This document shows positions 55,390-64,000 of a stretch of 64,000 nucleotides of DNA, one piece after another. Positions within the stretch are counted from its first letter, which is position 1. Every line of letters begins with the position of its first letter. A program made the translations under genes and the position numbers. Source of the DNA: Octopus vulgaris (Eukaryota). The notes beneath the pieces were generated by a model that was given only the letters and a program-made list of their open reading frames with translations, did no database searches and was not told where the DNA came from. The DNA is taken from contig OX597834.1 in NCBI GenBank assembly GCA_951406725.2, positions 41,602,001-41,666,000 of the forward strand, written 5' to 3'.

Positions 55390-55904
55390 TCACAGTATCA
55401 AGCAGACCATCAGATATGCTATTGTACACCCTTAGTCACAATGCGCTTCTAATTCCGTCTTGACTGCGCCATTATTTTCCATCTTGCGCCAAATCGCTTA
55501 ACAAAATTGTCTTCTCTTCTCATCGTTGTGAAGGCTTTCCAAGTGGTTTTTCCTAATCTCTTGGATTCCATTCGGCAACTGCGCTGGTTCGCCTGTTGTC
55601 TTTGAAGTTTGCGACATATTCGGCTCAGAAAAAAACTTGTGCTTTCGGTACTCTGTGAATCACATCGTTCACTCCACTTCGTTCTCGAATGACTTCAGAC
55701 CAACGAATATACTCTCGTAATATTCCCAGCATAGATCTTTCCATAGTCGTTTGCGTCCTAGCCAATCGATGTTTTATCCTCTTCGTAGTATTCCACGTCT
55801 TACTTGTGTATAAGAGCGCAGGTAGGATGGTGCTATTGAAGAGTCTAGCACGTATGATATTACCTGTCTTTATTTTTATCATATCCTTTATTTCTGCTAA
55901 TATA
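55390..55904 (-). mobile_element. RTE LINE 3' fragment
   Basis: RARLFNSTILPALLYTSKTW...RLARTQTTMERSMLGI...EVIRERSGVNDVI. Confidence 0.85.
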
Positions 55905-56164
55905 AAAAATAATAAATGCGCCCTTTTAAAGCCTAGGCAGTCTCATGGACCCGGTTTCCTGGTTTCAATGGCGTATGTGTTCCCCAGCTGGACGGGACGC
56001 CAGTCCATCGCAGCGTTACTCATTTTTGCCAGTTGAGTGGAATGGAGCAACGTGAAATGAAGTGTTTTGCTCAAGAACACAACGTGTCGCCCGGTCCAGG
56101 AATCGAAACCACAATCTTACGACTATGATGCTGACACCCTAACCATTAAGCCACGCGCCTCCAC
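55905..56164 (-). mobile_element. SINE family A, tail type 3
   Basis: TSD TCTGCTAATATA at 55893-55904 and 56165-56176. Confidence 0.88.
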
Positions 56165-56522
56165 TCTGCTAATATACTGGGCTCAAAAAATATTCACACC
56201 ATCAGGAAGAAGCATATATAATAACCTCATCCTAACGCAGTCACGCTGTACGCCATGCAGCTAGAGAGTTTCTACGTAGTTGCTCAACATGCTAAAAATA
56301 GCAGCCACATCTTCCTGAAATCATGCCATGTTGGTTCAACATTAAAAAACGACTTGTGTATTGTAGACGTATAAACCATATATTGCACATAAATTTTAAC
56401 AACAAAAATCGTATATAGACCCCCTCACCACCACCACCACCACCACCAAGGACCATAAGGAGCCCTGTATAGAACCACTGAATTCTAGATTAATATCGTT
56501 TTTGAGAACTAAACAATTGCAA

Positions 56523-56667
56523 TATTAGGTTGTCCCAAAAGTTCGTAAACACTTGCGAAAATTGAATTTTTACTCGCCAAGTACTAACAAAAACAACAAA
56601 AATTATTCCTCAAAATAAAGACCATTATTTTCCAAGACTTTCTACGAACGTTTGGGACAACCTTATA
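56523..56667. mobile_element. Mariner-type MITE
   Basis: 25-bp TIRs TATTAGGTTGTCCCAAAAGTTCGTA / TACGAACGTTTGGGACAACCTTATA. Confidence 0.8.
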
Positions 56668-57207
56668 GGAAGAAAAAGTAGACAACAGCTAATGGTGAAA
56701 TAACAGAAGTTTATCGTAAAACGAACAGGTGAAAAAATTTTGTGGTAAACGTTTATAGAGCAACGAAGAAAATATACATAATGTAGTCGCAAATAAAATG
56801 GGATTAGTCTTGGAGTTGAGCTGCGGCGACATGCCTAGACACGTAACAGTAATCACAAGAAATTCAATAAAATTTAAAGCCGCGAGATAAAGCACATTTT
56901 TCATAAATGGCGTATAAAGAAAAATGTTAAATATGCGGATAGAACAGCGCTACTTTATTTTGCTTGGTTTCTGCTTGCTATAACAGGTGTGCGTGTGTGT
57001 AGACATACACACATGCATACCGAGACACATACGCGCACACACACACTCGTACACACCCACACACACACTCGTACACACATGCACATGTCTCACACAACGT
57101 CTTTCTATATACTTTCATGTAACTAATACAGTGCTCAATATCCGAATGTAGAGCTCAATTACATAAAGTAATACACAAGCAAAACCTCGCCCAGGAAAAC
57201 GAATCAG

Positions 57208-57530
57208 TGAAGGTGCGTGGCTTAGTGGTTAGGAGTATTCACTCACGATCGTAAGGTCGGGAGTTCGATTCCTAGCGGCGCGTTGTGTTCTTGAGCAAGA
57301 CACTTCATTTCACGTTGCTCCAGTCCACTCAGCTGGCAAAAATGAGTAGTACCTTTATTTCAAAGGGCCAGCATTGTCACACTCCTAGTCGCGCTGAATC
57401 TTCCTGAAAACTACTTTATGAGTACACGTTTCTGTGGAGTGCTCAGCCACTTGCACGCTAATTTCACAAACAGGCTGTTCCGTTGATCGAATCAACTTGA
57501 ACGCTCGTCGTCGTAACCGACGGAGTGCCA
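57208..57530 (+). mobile_element. SINE family A, tail type 2
   Basis: Similarity to the 27560 copy. Confidence 0.85.
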
Positions 57531-57679
57531 TTGTCATATAAATGCATGTAAGTGTATATGTGTAGTTGTGTGTGTACATAAGTACGTATGTATATGAGTA
57601 TAGAGCTAGCGAATTAAAGCAGCCTTTAAAAATCCAAGAAAAACCAATCAATTTCAAAGCTCCTAATTATCAGTCGTGG

Positions 57680-57985
57680 TGGCACATGGCCTATTGGTTA
57701 GAGGAGCGGACTCGCGGTCGAGGGATCGCGGGTTCGAATCTCAGACAGGGCGATGTGTGTGTTTATAAGCGAAACACCTAAGCTCCGCGCGGCTCCAGCA
57801 GAAGGTAATGGCGAAACTTCTGCTGACTCTTTCACCACAACTTTCTCTCACTCTTTCCTCCTGCATCTTGCAGCTCACCTGCGACGGACCGGCGTTCCAT
57901 CCAGGTGGAGAACCTATATGTCAAGGAAACCGGGAAACCGGCCCTTAAGAGCCAGGCGTGGCTTGAGAAGAAACAAACAACAATT
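57680..57985 (+). mobile_element. SINE with head 2 and a variant tail
   Basis: GGACTCGCGGTCGAGGGATCGCGGGTTCGAATC...GCGAAACACCTAAG; ends in (AAC)n. Confidence 0.78.
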
Positions 57986-58145
57986 ATCAGTTACCAAGTA
58001 ATCCAGTTGTGTAATTATTCTAAATGCAAATTAAACAGTAAATGTTGGGCGTGAGACTTTTAACTAGTGAACATGAGTTTAGTCCTTGGGTTAGTGAATC
58101 TATACGTATTCTAGCTCAAGTGGAACTAGTACAATACATTTTTTT

Positions 58146-58443
58146 CGCCCTTTTAAAACCTAGCCAGGGTCATGGGCCCGGTTTCCCGGTTTCTATGGCG
58201 TATGTGTTCCCCAGCTGGACGGGACGCCAGTCCATCGCAGCGTTACTCAAGAAACAGGAAGAGAGAGTGAGAGAAAGTTGGGGCGAAAGAGTACAACAGG
58301 GATCGCCACCACCCCCTGCCGGAGCCTCGTAGAACTCTAGGTGTTTTCGCTCAATAAATACACACAACGCCCGGTGTGGGAATCGAAACCGCGATCCTCC
58401 GACCGCGAGTCCGCTTCCCAAACCACTGGGCCATTGCGCTTCC
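58146..58443 (-). mobile_element. SINE with head 2 and tail type 3
   Basis: Head as in the 51485 copy; tail as in the 55905 copy. Confidence 0.85.
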
Positions 58444-59584
58444 AAAAGATATATTACAAATACGAAAATAACTCTTACAAGAATTTCTCTGACATGGAAT
58501 AAGAACATTTCACTGTCGCGGATTGAATAGGTTCGATTCTAGACACAGAAGAAAAAATTGAAGTTATGCCAAAGATCTTACCGAATACGACAGGCATCTG
58601 AAGAAGGTACAACAGCTGAAACGTGATTAAAACATCCAAAATGGGAGGCACTAGTCTGAACATTTCGGTGTGTAATGAGGAATAAAATAATTACAGCAAT
58701 AAATGCACAAAAAAGAGACTTTTTTTGCTTTGCTTTGAAAGGGGATTCGTTCCGTTATAATTTTTTTTACTGAGCAGTAAAAATGCAGAAAGATAATAAC
58801 TCAAATACACCAACATGCGATTAAAGAATATGAATAAACAGTACACACGTAAGAAATATCATTCGCAGAAACCCTAATCGTTTAGAAACAGATAAATGAG
58901 CACCATCCCCAGCTTAGATATTAAAAGTCTGTTTTACCAAAGTTCCAATCACGAATACGAAAAAAACTATATTAAATAATATATACAACACAGAAAAATA
59001 ACTACATCCCCTACACCATCCCGTCGAAGCTATCATAGGAACTTATTACTGCACTGGACAATAGAGATACTCTTTCGGTGACCTTAAGACAAATTATATA
59101 AACAAAAATATGGAGAATGATAGACTCATCGTAGGGCGTTCTACCTCGCCACATTAGCAATTAAAATGGTACGAATATCTATAAAAAACAAAAACAATAT
59201 ACACCTGGTATATTAAGGGATAATGGTGTCATTGAGACCCAAAGGTGTCAGGTAATGCTGAATAAGTGCTATAGACAGACCATAGTTAAGTTCCAGATTC
59301 GGTAATATTGCGAATAAGGGGTTCAACGTTGGTTCTATGTCAGCGTGTGTATATATGAATTTTTTTCGTAATGAGATAAAAAAAACCAAGGCTGTGGAGA
59401 TATTAGAGCATTTATATATAGAAGGTCTTACATCTGTTTCTAGAATATTAATTAATAATAATATCCTGGTATATTAACTATTTATTTGTCGCACTGGAAT
59501 ATTTTGAGAAGTTAAAACTACCATGTAAAATTCGACACACAGTACAAATAATATCTCTTACAATACAATGGTTCAATTTTACCG

Positions 59585-60840
59585 ACGGGACGACGAGAGC
59601 CGTCTGGTTATCCTGGAGTTGCGGTTAGATTTTGTGGGTACGTTGGGGACCGATCAGATAAAACCGCACCCAGAATGTTCTCTGGGAGTGTGGAGAAGGA
59701 ATGATGGTGATAATTGGGGATTTGATGGTGATGGTTTTCCCGGGCTGCTTGCGTTGCTCAACTGTTGCAATCATGTTGGTTTCACATGTTTGCATGCTCT
59801 TCCGGACGGATGGTCACCGCTTACTTCTGTCTTGACCGAGCTACTTTCATCTGATATGGTTGATGTTGGACGCATTTAGAGAAGCTTTTAATACGTTTTT
59901 GAAGCATTTTTCTGGCTTCTCTGGAAGTGCTAACTTTGTTGGAGTTTGCCATCTAATAGTCTTTTGGAAGCCATTGGTCCGGCATGCGAACTACATGATC
60001 TACCCAGCGGAGCAGTGACTCCATCAGAATGGTGTATATACTGGGCAGACTAGTAACGGGTGAGTACCTCAGTGTCCGGGTTTTAGTTTTGCCATTCTAT
60101 GCCAAAATGTTTTCTGAAGTAGTTTGTGTGTAAGTGGTTCAGTTTCCTTGCGTGACTTTGGTAGACCTTCCACGTTTCGCCAACATCGAGATGCGAGAAC
60201 TATTGCTCGATAAACCGTGACTTTTGTTTCTTGGTTGATGCCTTTCTTGTTTCTCACGTTCTTATGGAATCTGGCAAAATCAACACTCAATTTAGTGAAT
60301 TTAGCATTTACCTCATCATAATTGACTACATTTCTGGAAAGTGTGCTCCCAATGTACGAAGGGGTGCTGAGAAGTTCCTGGTTTTGGGTAAAAGAAAATA
60401 CAGGAGAAAAAGTTATGATTTTATTGGACATATTTCCTTCTCAGATTCACACACTTATTGCAGTGGTCCTTCAGTTTTTCTAAGTCCTGTAAAAGAACTC
60501 GGAAGGTTGGGCCTCCAACCAAACCTTTCACGATAACCTTAAAGCCAGGAGCTTTTCAGAACCCCTCGTATATAAAAGTATCCACTGCATGCAGTTGTTG
60601 TTCATTAATAGGTGTAGTGGATTCAGTGTAAGGCTTTCGCGAGGATGAAGCTGTTGCAAGCATCAGAGAATCTGGCAATACAGTGCTGCATGTCAGCTTC
60701 GGCGGCAGCTGACATGCAGGCGCAGAAATCAGGAAACAGGATGTCATTTATGGTGTCTGTTATAACCTTAGTTTTTCCTTGAAGCCTCTTGGGGTTAAAG
60801 AGTGAGTGTGGCATTTGATGGCCATATTTAAGTGTGTATC
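59585..60840 (-). mobile_element. RTE (BovB-like) LINE fragment interrupted by a MITE
   Basis: LFNPKRLQGKTKV...DILFPDFCA...DMQHCIARFSDAC; LHAVDTFIY|IGSTLSRNVVNYDEVNAK...ETKVTVYRAIVL. Confidence 0.85.
60355..60570 (-). mobile_element. Mariner-derived MITE inserted at TA in the RTE element
   Basis: TIRs TACGAAGGGGTGCTGAGAAGTTCCTGG / CCAGGAGCTTTTCAGAACCCCTCGTA; splits the RTE frame at F(I)Y|IGS. Confidence 0.88.
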
Positions 60841-61174
60841 TTTGAAGGCATCGGTCATTATGGCTGAAACCGTGAGACTGTATATATATGACGGCTAATG
60901 TCGACTCTAGTAGAAAATTTCCAAGGGTAAAATCCCCATCGAAAAAGGCATTTAAGTTCTCTTCCACAAACAATGTACCATTAAAAGAAATCCATAAAAT
61001 AAACAAACACGAATCAAAAATAAGTTTATTCTGACAAACTAGGTCATCCCATAAGTTCTGTCCGAATTTTGAATAAAGAAAACAAGTGATCAAATGTTAT
61101 ATTTAATTGAAGACACACGAGATGTCGAAACATCGTTCACTAGATAACAATGGCACTCTTCTTTTAATTTTGAC

Positions 61175-61227
<53 letters not shown>

Positions 61228-61228
<1 letters not shown>

Positions 61229-62384
61229 AGCATGAATTACAAGAGATAGTCCGGAAAACACTTAATTAATGACAATGAGCAAGGGACTACACCCCAAGAG
61301 TGATATGTCAAGACTGTATATAAAGAGGAAAGAAGGAGGGCGGGGATTGGTGTGTTGTGAAGGTTGTGTAAGGGAAGAGGAGCATAGCCTGGCTTGGTAT
61401 GTCAAGGGGAGTAAAGAAGAAATGTTTGAAGCAGTGAAAATACAGGGAACCTTAAAAGCGAACGAAGCCGTGGATCCAACACAATTTATGATAGACCAGA
61501 AAGAGTAGATGAAGAAAATATGGCAGGACAAGAGAATACACAATCAGTTCTTGAAGAATAAAGATGAGATTGATTAGAATAGAACCTGGCAATGGCTGCA
61601 GAAAGGAGACTTAAAAGGGCCTACTGAGGCATTAGTGTGCAGCACTCAAGAACAAGCTCCAGGATCAAACTACTCCAAATATCACATTGATAAAAGCACT
61701 GACTTGCCACAATGTAGGATGTATTCTGAGAAGAGAGAAAGTATAAGCCATATCGTTAGTGGGTGCTGTAAGCTCGCGCAACGCGAATACAAGAGGAGAC
61801 ACGACAATGTGGTCAAATATGTCCACTGGATGTTGTGCGGTAAAGCAAACCTCGAGAGAGCCGAACAATGGTATGAACACAAGGCAGGGGAAGTAATGGA
61901 GAGCGAACATTACAAAATACTCTGGGATTTTAACTTGCAGTCCAACCAAGTCATAGAGGCGAGACGACCAGATATTGTGATCGTCCATAAAGATGGAAGA
62001 GAAGAAAAGATAATAGATGCTGCAATACCAGGCGATTAGAGGGTGAAATTAAGGAAACAGAAACGATTGTGAAATACCAGCCACTGCGGGAAGAGATAGG
62101 AAAGTTTGGAGGCATGAGGAAAATGGTGATACCGGTGGTAATTGGAACATTAGGAGCAGTTTCCAGGGGCTTTGAAAAACATATTAAGAATATTGGGGGC
62201 TACTGTCAGGCTCGAGGTTATCCAGAAGACAGTATTGTTGGGTACAGTTCACATTCTAAGGAGAGTATTGTCTCTTTGAGTCACAGGAGAAGGCACTACT
62301 TGAAACCTTTGGTGATTTGTTGTTGCCTAATTTCAAGTAAAGATTAACCGGTAATTAAGAACTATCCGAGAGTCTTTCAGATTA
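61228..62384 (+). mobile_element. R4/Dong-clade LINE fragment between (TAA)n tracts
   Basis: LHPKSDMSRLYIKRKEGGRGL; CRMYSEKRESISHIVSGC; YKRRHDNV; LWDFNLQSNQVIEARRPDIVI; KYQPLREEI; VIPVVIGTLG. Confidence 0.9.
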
Positions 62385-62867
62385 ACAACAACAATAATAA
62401 TAATAATAATAAAGCACATACGTGTATACACGTATGTATATAATGAACATGCATGTGCTAGTGTGTGTATTGTAATACACACAGGTACGCACGCACATAC
62501 ACACACAGACACACACACACATTTAAATGCTAAAGTTTGTCAGTATACGAGAAAGATAATTAAGTTAATCACCTGGTTAATTTTATTATCAAATTAATGC
62601 ATCAAACGTTCATCAGCGGAAGAAGATCTAATTTAAGGATATTTAAAGATAACGATGTTGATTAGCTGCGTCAGAGAATAGCTATTTCTCAATGATTCTG
62701 TTTTTTTTTAAATCGCCACTCTGAAATTGTTTGTATGTATATCGTTTGTTATCAAAGAACCTTTTAATCACAAGTCAATCTTAACGTTATAAAAATCTAA
62801 ACGAAGTCCTGCTCTACACAAAAGAATATTCCAATCATAGTCGAAAATAGATTGAACAATATTACAA

Positions 62868-63050
62868 AGGAGCGAGCTGGCAAAATCGTTAGCACGTCGG
62901 GGAAAATGTTTCGCAGCATTTCGTCAGTCTTTACATTGTGAGTTCAAATGCCGCCGAGGTCGACTTTACCCTTCATCTTTTCAGAATCGATAAAATAAGT
63001 ACAAGTTGAGCACAAGGATCGATTTAACTGACTTACATCCTCCCCAATAT
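62868..63050 (+). mobile_element. SINE family C (further copies near 47505-47715, 53272-53505 and 54560-54735)
   Basis: Family C body GAGTTCAAAT.CCGCCGAGGTCGACTTT. Confidence 0.8.
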
Positions 63051-64000
63051 TACAAGGGAGACAAAATGACAAAATGTGTAAAGAATCTACAAGCCGAAAC
63101 TTCAATGTTATTTATACGTAGATAACAGGTTCTGCAATATTTATGAAAGAACTGCAAATTTGCTTCGACAGATCGAAGCATATTTGAGTCTTATAAAAGA
63201 ATATTGTAAATATAAATCTAAATATAGTATCACTCCTCGAATAAACCTTTCTGTAATATGTCCCCAACGCACTATAGAAAACTATATCTTAAGAAGTCTA
63301 TGAAACAAATATTCCCATTCAACTGTAGGAAAGGAAATATTGTCACGTTGGAGACAGCAAAATAAATTCATTTGTGAAATCTGGTCTGAAATGCAAACTA
63401 GGTAAATAGCAATAGCGCAGAACGATGTTAAAACTAAAGAAACAATGAATGAAGTTAACCCACGGGAAATAAAAACAGTTAAAAACAGGAGTTATAAAAG
63501 TGTAGTCCCCCACCAGACAGAGAGTATCATCTTTAGTGCCTTCGGATATAAAAGACTATTTATGAATAAGACAGAACATTAGCAAAACAGGATCTGAATA
63601 TAATCAGCAGACAAATTGATGATAATTAGTAAAACGACCAATGAATGGTGCTCAACAAATAATGAACTCTAGCAAAACAAAGAACAAAGCAATTCTTAGC
63701 AAGACATGATACTATTACGCAGTTTACAAGTTGAAAGAGATCTTCGGCAGAATTGGCTAATGGTCAATGACATACACATACATTTCAGAAAAATACCACT
63801 TCAAGAAAACCGGATATGAAAAAAAAGCAAAAACATTTTTTAAAAAAACAGAAAGAAACGATGGTAACTACAGACGACACTTTACTATAGAGACCAGCCA
63901 ATGAGAGAGCATTGGACAGATTTTCTTAAAATGAAAACAACACTCAGAAGGATGTAAAACCTGCTTGAATAGGGAGAGTAGAGTCCTCACCCAAAGTCAC

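Noticed and set aside
58595-58630. CTGAAGA...GAAAC hammerhead-like motif
   Set aside because: No properly paired stem III, cleavage triplet or stem I.
59415-59470. Hammerhead half-site GAAACAGATGTA on the minus strand
   Set aside because: No CTGANGA partner nearby; truncated relic.

Overview
AT-rich eukaryotic DNA full of microsatellites and SINEs; the repeat content suggests an octopus (coleoid cephalopod), which is an inference. One real gene was assembled by hand from GT-AG sites: an 11-exon, + strand gene (7531-52648, 1719 nt CDS, 572 aa). It encodes a protostome-type cytoplasmic intermediate filament protein with a long coil 1b, a LEIAAYRKLLEGEE rod end and a lamin-tail domain, and no NLS or CaaX. 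Nearly all other ORFs in the track are translated microsatellites. Introns and flanks hold several tRNA-derived SINE families, fragments of Tx1/L1, R4/Dong and RTE LINEs, mariner/Tigger remnants and MITEs, a Helitron-like element, two 37-bp arrays and a 19-bp minisatellite that flips orientation. The most notable observations are: (1) an intact minimal hammerhead ribozyme on the sense strand of intron 3; (2) a SINE and a Tx1-like LINE with a shared 3' tail inserted at the same nick inside another SINE; (3) a local SINE 3'-transduction; (4) candidate alternative 3' processing of the IF gene. All coordinates were read by eye and no searches were run.
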